Below are positions 18,930 through 28,125 of a stretch of 64,000 nt of DNA, piece by piece; within the stretch, counting starts at the first letter, position 1, and the number at the start of each line of letters is the position of its first letter. Source of the DNA: Candidatus Altimarinota bacterium. GTDB lineage: Bacteria > Patescibacteriota > Gracilibacteria > JBDHUY01. The position numbers and the translations under genes are program-made. The DNA is taken from the NCBI GenBank assembly GCA_039809385.1, contig JBDHUY010000005.1, forward strand, positions 32,001 to 96,000, written 5' to 3'. The notes under the pieces were generated by a model that was given only the letters and a program-made list of their open reading frames with translations, was not told the DNA's origin and did no database searches.

Positions 18930-19901
18930 ATGAATACCAACGCTTCTCCACTGAATCGGTTAACCTTTAGCGGCAATATCAAGCCGCTTCTGGATCGAGT
19001 GTGTCGATCTTATCAAATTGGCATGCTGAACAGCTTTTCGATTTTGGACGTCGGGTATGAAGATTGTAACGTGCAATTGCATACCGAAAAGGGCGATTTT
19101 CTAGCCAAGATATTTTCCAAAAGCCGTAGTCCGGAGACGATTACCCGCTATGTTGATATAATGCAAAAGATACTGGAAAACGGAGTATCTCATCCCCGTA
19201 TTCTTGCTTCCGGGGATGAGCGGATTTTATATCATGACCCTGAATTGAACGGTGTATGTCTGGTATTGATGGAATATATACACGGAAAAACCTTTCTGGA
19301 TATGGATCGGGCTCCGGACGAAGCCGAACTGCGTAGCATTATAGAACAGGCGATCCTGATCAACCGAATCGAGTATAGGCCCGCTTTTCTCTTCGATTCC
19401 TGGGCTATTCCCAATATCGAGGTTCTGTTTGAAAAAACGCGTGCGTTTATGCAACCTGCCGATCTGCCGCTGGTCGAGCTGGCGATCCGGTCCTATCTTC
19501 GTATACCCGTGAAAACGCTGCCGTCTTGTTTTGTGCATGGTGATTTTACCAAAGCCAATATTCTAAAATCCGATACCGGAAAGATCTATATCCTGGATTT
19601 TTCGGTAGCCAACTGGTACCCCCGCATTCAGGAACTGGCCGTAATTGCCGCCAATCTCATGCATGACGCTTCTGGAAACACTCCGCTGCGCAAAAGAATA
19701 GAACTGGTAGCCGAACTATACCATGAGCGTAATCCCCTGACCTCCCACGAGCATTCGTATCTTTATGACTATACTCTGGCTGCTCTGGCCATGGAGTTCA
19801 TGGGAGCTTATCAGGAGAAGTATATCAACGGTAATGATACGCCCGAAACTGACTATTGGCTACATTTGGGGCGCGAAGGACTTACCCGGGAGTTGCTTTG
19901 A
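18930..19901 (+). CDS. APH/homoserine kinase type II-like phosphotransferase
   Basis: HGDFTKANIL (Brenner motif) and ILDF. Confidence 0.8.
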   Translation: MNTNASPLNRLTFSGNIKPLLDRVCRSYQIGMLNSFSILDVGYEDCNVQLHTEKGDFLAKIFSKSRSPETITRYVDIMQKILENGVSHPRILASGDERILYHDPELNGVCLVLMEYIHGKTFLDMDRAPDEAELRSIIEQAILINRIEYRPAFLFDSWAIPNIEVLFEKTRAFMQPADLPLVELAIRSYLRIPVKTLPSCFVHGDFTKANILKSDTGKIYILDFSVANWYPRIQELAVIAANLMHDASGNTPLRKRIELVAELYHERNPLTSHEHSYLYDYTLAALAMEFMGAYQEKYINGNDTPETDYWLHLGREGLTRELL

Positions 19902-19986
19902 TTTTGAACTCTTTTCCCGTCAGGCTTGTAAGCTCAACTTCTTGAGGAGAACTTTAGACTTTGGACTTTTCACTTTAGACTATCTC

Positions 19987-20061
19987 TGGTGTCTCCAGGG
20001 GGAGTCGAACCCTCATCACTCCCTTCGGAGGGGAGTACTCTATCCATTGAGCTATGGAGAC
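19987..20061 (-). tRNA. tRNA-Arg(CCG)
   Basis: Reverse complement folds into a cloverleaf: acceptor stem GTCTCCA/TGGAGAC, anticodon arm CTCCC-CTCCGAA-GGGAG, TTCGA loop, encoded CCA. Confidence 0.95.
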
Positions 20062-20135
20062 AAGACAGCAAGCAGTGTAAAATGAAAAGCTTGTCCTGAC
20101 AATAGGAAGGATGCAAAATGCAAAGTGAAAAATCA

Positions 20136-20191
20136 TTGATTTTTTCAAAATAAAGATATACTATAAATGTGCAGAAAGTCTGAATATCAGA
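20136..20191 (+). promoter_or_regulatory. Putative sigma70 promoter and autoregulatory operator of the TA operon
   Basis: TTGATT-17 nt-TACTAT followed by the palindrome TCTGA-ATA-TCAGA just before ATG 20200. Confidence 0.45.
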
Positions 20192-20199
20192 AAATCTCC

Positions 20200-20493
20200 A
20201 TGAATACTACCACCATAACGATCGGGAAACGAGGTACTCTGGTGCTTCCCGTAAAAATGAGGAAAGACTTTGGCTTTGATGAAGGCAAAAACGTTTTGAT
20301 TGAGTCTACCACCGACGGAATTCTCATCCGGCCGGTATTTTCTGTTCCTATCGAGATGTATAGCAAAGACCGTAAAGCAGAATTTCTATTGAATAATGCT
20401 GTTACCTTTGATGAATATCAACAACTTCGGGATGAGGTGGTGAGCATGGGAATCGACCCTGACAGCATTCCTCATACTCCGCCACCTAAATAA
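20200..20493 (+). CDS. AbrB/MazE/SpoVT family antitoxin (VapB-like)
   Basis: TIGKRGTLVLPVKMRKDFGF..G swapped-hairpin motif; directly upstream of a PIN gene. Confidence 0.8.
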   Translation: MNTTTITIGKRGTLVLPVKMRKDFGFDEGKNVLIESTTDGILIRPVFSVPIEMYSKDRKAEFLLNNAVTFDEYQQLRDEVVSMGIDPDSIPHTPPPK

Positions 20494-20499
20494 ATTTTT

Positions 20500-20904
20500 G
20501 TGGATCGTATATTTCTCGATGCAAACGTATTGTTTTCCGTTGCCTATAAACCGGACTCTGTCTTGTTACAGCTCTGGAAGTTAGAGCACGTAGCTTTATG
20601 TACCTCGGATTATGCCGTTGAAGAGGCTGTCAGGAACTTGGATGAGTCGCATGTACCCGGCTTGAAAAAGCTGCTGCAAGAAGTAGATATTGTTTCTACG
20701 ATTATGCCTCAGGCATTTGAAATCGATAATCTTATCAAACTTCGTCCGAAAGATCAGCCTATTCTTTACGCTGCCCTTCAGGCAAAAGCGACGCATCTTT
20801 TGACAGGCGATATTCGTGACTTTGGTGCCTACTTTGGACAAAATATTGCGGGAATTTTAATACTAAGACCGGTAGATTATCTTGTGCTGAAAATAGGAAA
20901 GTGA
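20500..20904 (+). CDS. PIN-domain toxin (VapC-like)
   Basis: IFLDANVL, E..RNL, KDQPIL, LLTGD..DF PIN acidic residues. Confidence 0.85.
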   Translation: MDRIFLDANVLFSVAYKPDSVLLQLWKLEHVALCTSDYAVEEAVRNLDESHVPGLKKLLQEVDIVSTIMPQAFEIDNLIKLRPKDQPILYAALQAKATHLLTGDIRDFGAYFGQNIAGILILRPVDYLVLKIGK

Positions 20905-20931
20905 AAAATCATATATTTTCTTTGGGTTTGT

Positions 20932-21405
20932 ATGTACAACCATGTTTTGGCCGATTATGTCTGTCCGATTTGTCTGGGGATTGAGGGGGTCGAGAACGAA
21001 CATACTCTTTTACAGAGAAACGATCTGGTATACCGGGATGAACTTGTGGCCGTTTTTATGAATTCTTTTTCGATCGATAAGAATCCCGGCCGGGTTATCG
21101 TGGTTCCTAATGCGCATTTTGAAAATATGTACGACCTGCCTCCGGTATATGGAGCCCGTATCTTTGAGATATCGCAAAAAATGGCGCTGGCCTTCAAGGA
21201 AGTCTATCACTGCGATGGCGTTACTATACTCCAGAATAACGAACCTGCCGGAAACCAGCATGCCTTTCATTATCACCTTCATATTTTCCCGCGCTATACC
21301 GACGATCGCTTATACGAGCATATTTCGCAAAAGCAAATTGCTCTGCCGGAAGAGCGTCAAGCCTATGCCAAACAACTCAAAGAATGGCTCGAAAAGAATC
21401 CCTAA
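20932..21405 (+). CDS. HIT family protein
   Basis: CPIC N-terminus and AGNQHAFHYHLHIFPR histidine triad. Confidence 0.9.
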   Translation: MYNHVLADYVCPICLGIEGVENEHTLLQRNDLVYRDELVAVFMNSFSIDKNPGRVIVVPNAHFENMYDLPPVYGARIFEISQKMALAFKEVYHCDGVTILQNNEPAGNQHAFHYHLHIFPRYTDDRLYEHISQKQIALPEERQAYAKQLKEWLEKNP

Positions 21406-21556
21406 TTCGATCTGAATTCTTACTGTTCATAGACCGTCTTGTCCGAGCTCTCTTTTTCAAAGAAAATCAGCTTTTCTCAGCGACACAAAGCCAAATTTGT
21501 ATATTATGCTCTTGTCTTTCATATGCTGTTTTGACAACAAAAAATAATTGCCGCTA

Positions 21557-22741
21557 TTATACAACAATTTTGTTGCTTAGTTCCAGCAAGATATATTGTC
21601 CCTCCGTGGCCCGGTAATAACTCTCGATGTCGGGAGTGGCGCTTCCCAAAATTACGGCCGTGCCGAGTTTGCGGTTCATTTCAACCACCACGCTACGGGT
21701 ATGATAGCGCGGATTCTGGTCGCTCTTATAGCTCCATTCGTGCTCTTCGTCGATCACAATCGTCCCCAGATCCTGAAACGGCGAAAAAAGAGCGCTGCGC
21801 GATCCGATGACAACGCTCGATTCGCGATTTTTGATCCGTACCCACTCGGTAAACCGTTCTCCGTCGGAGAGTTGGGAATGAATCACCGAGATCGATTTAC
21901 CAAACACTTTGAAAAAATAGCCGATCAATTGGGGCGTTAAGGCTATTTCGGGTACCAGAATCAAAGTTTGTCTACCGTGTCTATAATCGTTATAGGCAAG
22001 ATGAAGGTATATTTCGGTCTTTCCTGATCCGGTAATTCCGTGTAAAAGGAATACTTTCTGTCCATTGTCCAGGATCGCTTGATAGGCCTTTTCTTGAGCC
22101 ACGGTTAACTTTTTCAAGCCCTTTTCGTCTATTACCGCGATCGATCCCAGATCGTATTCTTTGAAATAGGGCGGAACGATATCTCCCTCTCTCAAAGATA
22201 GGATGCCTTTCTCTGCTAATTTCCTAAGATACGGTTTTGATACCTCCAGTTCTCTAGACATGTCCTGGAAGGTTTTTTCACGGTGAAATATCAGCCACTC
22301 GGCGATTCTTTTTTCTTTGGTTCCCCGCGCCAGGCTGGCATCCAGGAGGGTAACATGGATTTCCCGATTGACCCAATCTTCCTGTTTCTCTTCCCAGGCC
22401 AGCTTTGGCACGAACAAATCGATGGTCTTAAACAACGGGCACCGGTAATACTCGGCGATCCAGTAAGCCAGCTCGATCTGCCAGACGGCTAAAATCGGTG
22501 TCGGATTCAGTACCCGGCGGATTTCTTTCAGATTTGCGCTTTCTTCTGCTTCCTTTAAGCCTACGACAATGGCTTTTTCGAGTTTGTTGCGAAACGGGAC
22601 CTCTACCAGCATACCAACCCTCACGTCCGTAGAGACGCCCCGCCACGGCGGGGCGTCTCTACATGGAATGATATCCGGTATCGCATAGCTAAAAGCTTCG
22701 CGCGGTAGTGAATAGGACTCCAGGATGACTTCGGCAATCAT
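21557..22741 (-). CDS. priA: Primosomal protein N' (PriA), N-terminal half only
   Basis: V.VPFR 3'-binding domain, WIAEYY, GITGSGKTEIY, PEIALTPQ, DEEH, LGSATP; ends before the Cys-rich region and second helicase lobe. Confidence 0.85.
   Translation of the reverse strand: MIAEVILESYSLPREAFSYAIPDIIPCRDAPPWRGVSTDVRVGMLVEVPFRNKLEKAIVVGLKEAEESANLKEIRRVLNPTPILAVWQIELAYWIAEYYRCPLFKTIDLFVPKLAWEEKQEDWVNREIHVTLLDASLARGTKEKRIAEWLIFHREKTFQDMSRELEVSKPYLRKLAEKGILSLREGDIVPPYFKEYDLGSIAVIDEKGLKKLTVAQEKAYQAILDNGQKVFLLHGITGSGKTEIYLHLAYNDYRHGRQTLILVPEIALTPQLIGYFFKVFGKSISVIHSQLSDGERFTEWVRIKNRESSVVIGSRSALFSPFQDLGTIVIDEEHEWSYKSDQNPRYHTRSVVVEMNRKLGTAVILGSATPDIESYYRATEGQYILLELSNKIVV
22629..22662. repeat. GTAG-type REP-like palindrome inside priA
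   Basis: GTAGAGACGCCCCGCC-AC-GGCGGGGCGTCTCTAC (perfect 16-bp stem). Confidence 0.85.
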
Positions 22742-22819
22742 GAGGGACGAATAAAGAATCTAGAATCACGCATCAAGGTTTTCGAATTTCCTTTGAACAG
22801 GGAGTGTGTTTGGCAACCA

Positions 22820-22847
22820 GTAGAGACGCAATGCATTGCGTCTCTAC
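22820..22847. repeat. GTAG-type REP-like palindrome (intergenic)
   Basis: GTAGAGACGCAATGCATTGCGTCTCTAC, perfect palindrome with the same 10-bp arms as the priA copy. Confidence 0.85.
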
Positions 22848-22920
22848 GTGAATTTTGTAATCTTTTATCAAAAAGTGTATTATTTCCTTTAGAAACTGCT
22901 TATACTTTAATCTCTCGTTT

Positions 22921-24474
22921 ATGAAAAAGAAAGCACAAATATGGCTGACCGGGGCCCTGACGGGCCTTGCGGCGGTTCTGGTTCTTGCGTTGATGTTTCC
23001 GCCCGCTCCTTCTTCGGTTCCGTCGCTTTCAGGGGGTGCACCTTTTTCCTATTCGCATATTACCTCCTCCGAAAAACCGCAGTATTTTTTGAGCAATCTA
23101 GCCAACGCCCAAGAGTCTTTGGATAAAGGCCAAACCGAAGTGACGGTCTATAACAGCGATCTGGCTCTGGTAAAAGAAAAGCGCGAACTGGATTTGAAAA
23201 AAGGCTATAATCTGATCAAGTATGTCGATGTGCCAACTCTGATCAATACCACTTCGGTCTTTTTTCAGGATCTGGTCGACCCTAAAGCCCAGGTGGTCGA
23301 GCAGTCCTATCAAAATGATCTGATCGGCCAGGATAAACTGCTCGAAAAGTACCTGGACAAGGATTTGACTATTCAGGTCAAAGAAGGCGACGGAGTCAAA
23401 GAATACAAAGGAAAGCTTCTTTCCTATCAGGACGGCGTTATTTTGCTCCAGACCGAGGGCGGCGTGAAAAGTTTTCGCGATGTCTCCTCGATCGCTTTTT
23501 CCGAGATCCCCGGCGGTTTGCTGACAAAGCCGACACTAGTCTGGTCCGTTTATACCGAAAAAGAGGGCAAACACGACGCGCAAACCAGCTATCTGACCGG
23601 CGGTCTGACCTGGAATGCCGACTATATTGCCGTAGTAGACAATGATGACAAGAAGGTAGACATCAAAGGCTGGACTACGATTAAAAACGAGTCCGGAACT
23701 GGCTTTCCTAATGCAAAGCTTAAATTGGTAGCCGGTGATGTTAACCGCGTTCAGCCACCGGCCTCCGGTGGCTTTGCGTATGAAGAATCCCGGTTAGATA
23801 AGGCCGCAGACGCGGCCCCTGCCCCTCAGTTTAACGAACAAAGTTTCTTCGAATACCATCTCTATACCCTGGAGCGCCGGACCGATCTTTTGAACAACGA
23901 ATCCAAGCAGATCTCTTTGCTGGAGGCTAAAAATGTTTCCGGAGAAAAAGAGTATGTCTTTGATTCGAACAGCTATAATTATTACTATCGCGGTTCGGGT
24001 GACACGAAGGGAAAGGTTCAGGTCAAAATGAAGATGAAAAACAGCGAAGATAAAGGCTTGGGCTTGCCTCTGCCCAAGGGAATCGTGCGCGTCTATAAAG
24101 CCGATACCGACGGACAGTTGCAGTTCATCGGCGAAGACCAGATCGATCATACGCCCAAGGACGAAGAGATTGAGTTATTGCTCGGGAATGCCTTTGATCT
24201 GACGGCCGAGAAAAAGCAAACCGATAGTAAATCGACGACCGGATTGTTTGGTTTTGGCAACTGTACAACGACCAGCTACGAAGTGAAACTGGCCAATCAT
24301 AAAAAAGAGAACGTCACGATCAAGGTGGTCGAAAATACCTATGCGACCAATCTGGAGGTGCTGGATAACAATTTCAAGTTTGACAAAGAAGAGGCCGGGA
24401 AACTGAACTTCCTGGTGCCGGTTGCTCAGGATAAGGAAGAGACGCTGAAGTACTCGCTGCGCAATTGTTACTAG
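22921..24474 (+). CDS. DUF4139 domain-containing protein
   Basis: VTVYNSDLALVKE, SYLTGGLTWNADY, EYHLY, PLPKGIVRVY, GEDQIDHTP motifs; N-terminal TM. Confidence 0.85.
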   Translation: MKKKAQIWLTGALTGLAAVLVLALMFPPAPSSVPSLSGGAPFSYSHITSSEKPQYFLSNLANAQESLDKGQTEVTVYNSDLALVKEKRELDLKKGYNLIKYVDVPTLINTTSVFFQDLVDPKAQVVEQSYQNDLIGQDKLLEKYLDKDLTIQVKEGDGVKEYKGKLLSYQDGVILLQTEGGVKSFRDVSSIAFSEIPGGLLTKPTLVWSVYTEKEGKHDAQTSYLTGGLTWNADYIAVVDNDDKKVDIKGWTTIKNESGTGFPNAKLKLVAGDVNRVQPPASGGFAYEESRLDKAADAAPAPQFNEQSFFEYHLYTLERRTDLLNNESKQISLLEAKNVSGEKEYVFDSNSYNYYYRGSGDTKGKVQVKMKMKNSEDKGLGLPLPKGIVRVYKADTDGQLQFIGEDQIDHTPKDEEIELLLGNAFDLTAEKKQTDSKSTTGLFGFGNCTTTSYEVKLANHKKENVTIKVVENTYATNLEVLDNNFKFDKEEAGKLNFLVPVAQDKEETLKYSLRNCY

Positions 24475-26276
24475 TACACAATCGCCGGTGGCATCCCGTC
24501 GCACAGCAGCACTTTTTCTTTACCGGGTCCGTTTTTGCTGATGACCGCCTCCCATATACTTGCTTCGCTGATCGCACCGTTGGTTTGGGTCCGTACCTGA
24601 TTGGCAAACTCGGCCACTTCTTCGCGATGATTCTGCAGATTCTCCTGCGCAAAAGCGATCACGTTCGCTCCCGTGCTGTTAAAAAATTTCTCGGTTCCGT
24701 TCTCTGTGCAGCTTTTCCCGCTTTGAATATTAGCCAGTGGGATGGCGCCGTTGGAAAAGCCTTCGTTGCTGCAAGCGTCAAAATTTCTTTTCAGCGAACG
24801 CGCAAACTGGGCAATACTATTTGAATCAGCCGCAGGATTATTTTTATAGACACTTTCGTACCACAGGACAAATAACTGTGATGCCACCACCCGCTCGTAG
24901 GCTTCACGTATTGAGGCAGGATCTTTGCCGAATACAACCACGACGCTTTGTTTGCGCGACACATCCTGGGCATAAACAGTCTCAATTATGTCTATTCCAT
25001 GAGACTGTAAGGCATACGCTGGGATCCCAAGCATACCAGTTGGAGCCCCATAACGACTTTGACATTCGTCGACTTGGGCTTCGGTCGGTTTCACGCAATC
25101 ATAGACAATATTTGGACAATTCGACGGCGAAGCGTTGCCTTCGTTCCGTCCGGTGCATTTTTCCATTGAACAACGTGCTAACATAAGATCTCGTATGTTG
25201 TTTTGTCTCTGTTCCAGATCAGGAAACCATCGTTGAGAGTCTTGCGCATCCTTAGGACTAAGCGGGGGAATGGCACCATCGCGAGGTATGTCATTTTTAG
25301 GGGGATTTAGATAATCATCGAGCGGATACTCAACACAATTTTGAACTGTATCACCTTCCTTGAACGTGGGGCAGTTCGGTTCGATTTTGGTTTCAAGTCC
25401 GGGATTAAGTGCTTCCGGACGGCTCGGATCGTTTAAGTATTTCTCGATCTCCGCCGCCGTCAATTTTTCGTCGTCGTAAAAGGCAAAGATGGAGAGTGCC
25501 TGATAACCGTCGGTTACCACATCCAGCGCTACTTTTATCTCACCCGTGGCGTCGGTTTTTACTTTACGCGTCTGTAAAACCAGGCTACGGTCCTTGTTGG
25601 CTACGACAATCAGAACATTCGCATTAGGCGCGGCTTTTACCGCGATATCGAAACGTACCGCCCCACCGGGGTCCGTACATCCGACTTGAGCCGGGCCGGT
25701 GACAACGGCCTGAGCTATGGGCACGGTAAAATAGATACTGGCGCTTTGCGGAGAGATCAAAAGCAGGCTGTTACCGCTGTCGGACTGATCGGTTACATCG
25801 CACCGGGCCGATAAACGGTAATTCTGATAAGTACTCTTTCTAAGCGGTGCCAAATACGTATCGACGTTTTCCTGAATCAGTTCGTTATTTTTCTTGAGAT
25901 AAATCCTAACATGATCTCCCTCAAATTCGGAAAATCTTAGCTGTATAGTACTGGCAATTTCCCATAAACCCGTATCCTGACGTTGTCCTTCAAATACTAG
26001 TTCACCTTCGTTATTAAGACATACCGGCGATTTGAGAATATCGAACAAAATATTGGCCGGCTGTTCACAGATATCTTTTAACGCTTCGCCCGGTTTGGGA
26101 TTACCCCGGCAGATCCACAGATCGCCTTTGATAAACTGAAAATTGGTACCGCTTACCGGCTCGATTACACGCAAATAACGTTTGACCGTAGTTTGTCCCT
26201 GTCCGGGAGTTGCGGCCAGCGTAAAAAGTAACAAGACCGGCAACGCGTATCGAAACATAATAGAAACGTATCTCAT
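24471..26276 (-). CDS. Secreted hypothetical protein (N-terminal region paralogous to 28126..30138)
   Basis: Signal peptide; Cys-rich; last gene of a three-gene operon. Confidence 0.7.
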   Translation of the reverse strand: MRYVSIMFRYALPVLLLFTLAATPGQGQTTVKRYLRVIEPVSGTNFQFIKGDLWICRGNPKPGEALKDICEQPANILFDILKSPVCLNNEGELVFEGQRQDTGLWEIASTIQLRFSEFEGDHVRIYLKKNNELIQENVDTYLAPLRKSTYQNYRLSARCDVTDQSDSGNSLLLISPQSASIYFTVPIAQAVVTGPAQVGCTDPGGAVRFDIAVKAAPNANVLIVVANKDRSLVLQTRKVKTDATGEIKVALDVVTDGYQALSIFAFYDDEKLTAAEIEKYLNDPSRPEALNPGLETKIEPNCPTFKEGDTVQNCVEYPLDDYLNPPKNDIPRDGAIPPLSPKDAQDSQRWFPDLEQRQNNIRDLMLARCSMEKCTGRNEGNASPSNCPNIVYDCVKPTEAQVDECQSRYGAPTGMLGIPAYALQSHGIDIIETVYAQDVSRKQSVVVVFGKDPASIREAYERVVASQLFVLWYESVYKNNPAADSNSIAQFARSLKRNFDACSNEGFSNGAIPLANIQSGKSCTENGTEKFFNSTGANVIAFAQENLQNHREEVAEFANQVRTQTNGAISEASIWEAVISKNGPGKEKVLLCDGMPPAIVY

Positions 26277-26289
26277 GAAAAAGGGAGGG

Positions 26290-28029
26290 TTATGGATTGG
26301 CGCTTGTCTCATCAGCGTCGGACAAAGCGCTCACGACGGTTAAAAAATTGACAACCGTTCCGTTGGTCAAAACGGCTTCGCCCTGAAAGAAGTAGGCCGG
26401 AGAAAGGTAAGCTTGCGGTAAGAGCACCGAGCGATTCAAATAGCCCACGCGAACGTCAGTAATCTTGGCGCGGGTACTCACCGCTTCTCCGCTGGGAAAC
26501 AGTGTCGCGCGGCTGCTGCCCTCGACCGAACCAACCGGGTTTATCCACTGTACTATCCCTTTCCCCTGTTGCAGGCGCTTCAATGCTTCCTCCGAGGAGA
26601 TCAGCGAGAATCTTCCGAGGGATCGCTTTACGCGTCGCATCCGGTAATCGATATAGAGAACCGTTTTGCTTGCGCGATCGACCTCCACGGTAATCGTGTT
26701 GGCATCATTCAGACGGGCCATACCGTCAAAACCGTCCGAAGTATCATAGACGGACGGATCGCTTTTGCGGATGTTGTCGGTTTCGAGCGTATTACTCTGC
26801 AGGAGCTGTAATCCTTTCAATACCGGAGTCTTCGTGCCATCCAGACTCTCGGCCCGCTTTATTTCTACCAGCAACGTATTTCGATTTTTTTGACGATACG
26901 TTGCGCTGACCAGATAGCCCGGGAGTGGTTGAAGCTTGGTCTGCTCCAGATAGCCCACGGCGATACGTGATAATTCTTCCTTTTCAGTCGGGCTCATGGT
27001 GTTGTTTTGAATGTCTGTAGAGAGCGTAAAATAACCGGGGGCAAAATAGCGAAAAGCTCCTGAATTCTTAGCGATTTCGATACGGGCTCCGTTCTCATCC
27101 TGAATCAGATAACTGGAAAAATCCGGCTTGTCGGCCGACCCAGTCATTCCCAGCTGCCTGCCGAGTTTTTCGGCGTCTCCAAAACCCAGGCTGTGGTATA
27201 ATTCGTAGACTTCGGTTGTAGCCGGGATCGATACTTGGATGGTATTGTCCAGCGTGTACCCCGAAATTTTCTTTTTGACGTTAATATCCGAAGCTTCGGC
27301 ATTATAAAATTTCTTACTTACCGGATCCTGGCCGGTAGCGTCGAGCGCCGCGTTTGCCATTGTTTCGGCTTTGGGAGGAATCGGCCCCAGATCCGGTGTC
27401 TGTGCCAGATCCTGCTTTATTTTTACGATATTCTGACTAAGAGTTTTACACGATTCTTCCGGGTTGTCGAACACGGCGGCTTTGAGCATCGCGGTTTCGC
27501 GTCGTTTCCATAGATCCGGGATATAATCGGGTTGGGCGATGCTTTTTAGCGTATCTTCGCTTAGCGGTTTCCCGGCTTTCAGGTTTTCGGCTTCGGCGGA
27601 CGGTAAAAGCTTGTTTATCAATTGTGAACATTCCTGTTTTTTGAGACCGGTCTCAACCTTTTGTGTTTCGCTTTTATACGCCTGTAACTCCGAGAAAATG
27701 GTCTTGGCCGAATTATTTCCCTGCTGGGCCTGCTCCTGGAGTTGATATTCGATACGACGCAGTTTTGCGGCACGGGTCTGGTCTTCGATCTCGCCGGGAA
27801 AGGTTAGTTCGTAAAAAGTTTCCTGCTTGATCTCGTTCGTTGCAAACAGGCCGCCGAATTCGTCGAGATTTAAAACCGCGACGGGCGTATTCAGATTTTT
27901 ATTTTGCACGGCCGGGTTTGATTGAATTCCGCCGGGATTTTTGGGCTGACTCATCGTTACCAGAACCACAATCCCAATGAGAACCAGGACGCCGATCAGG
28001 CTTGCCGAGAACAAATATTTTTTGTTCAT
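26290..28029 (-). CDS. Membrane-anchored hypothetical protein, C-terminus YycH/YycI-like
   Basis: N-terminal TM; LISSEEALKRL...ITDVRVGY...YLSPAYFF motif. Confidence 0.65.
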   Translation of the reverse strand: MNKKYLFSASLIGVLVLIGIVVLVTMSQPKNPGGIQSNPAVQNKNLNTPVAVLNLDEFGGLFATNEIKQETFYELTFPGEIEDQTRAAKLRRIEYQLQEQAQQGNNSAKTIFSELQAYKSETQKVETGLKKQECSQLINKLLPSAEAENLKAGKPLSEDTLKSIAQPDYIPDLWKRRETAMLKAAVFDNPEESCKTLSQNIVKIKQDLAQTPDLGPIPPKAETMANAALDATGQDPVSKKFYNAEASDINVKKKISGYTLDNTIQVSIPATTEVYELYHSLGFGDAEKLGRQLGMTGSADKPDFSSYLIQDENGARIEIAKNSGAFRYFAPGYFTLSTDIQNNTMSPTEKEELSRIAVGYLEQTKLQPLPGYLVSATYRQKNRNTLLVEIKRAESLDGTKTPVLKGLQLLQSNTLETDNIRKSDPSVYDTSDGFDGMARLNDANTITVEVDRASKTVLYIDYRMRRVKRSLGRFSLISSEEALKRLQQGKGIVQWINPVGSVEGSSRATLFPSGEAVSTRAKITDVRVGYLNRSVLLPQAYLSPAYFFQGEAVLTNGTVVNFLTVVSALSDADETSANP

Positions 28030-28125
28030 AAAAAATGTCAACGAAACAAACTTGACTCTTATTATATAAATCGCACTGTCATCCCGCAAGCAAACCGGGG
28101 TTTATCTTGCAAACGTGTGCCTCTT

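Noticed and set aside
15557-21405. Prophage or integrative element at tRNA-Arg
   Set aside because: Accessory genes and a TA pair flank the tRNA, but I found no integrase, phage genes or duplicated tRNA 3' end.
24471-24474. Shared CTAG stop overlap of convergent genes (also at 45277-45280)
   Set aside because: A common 4-bp convergent overlap in compact genomes; no special meaning evident.
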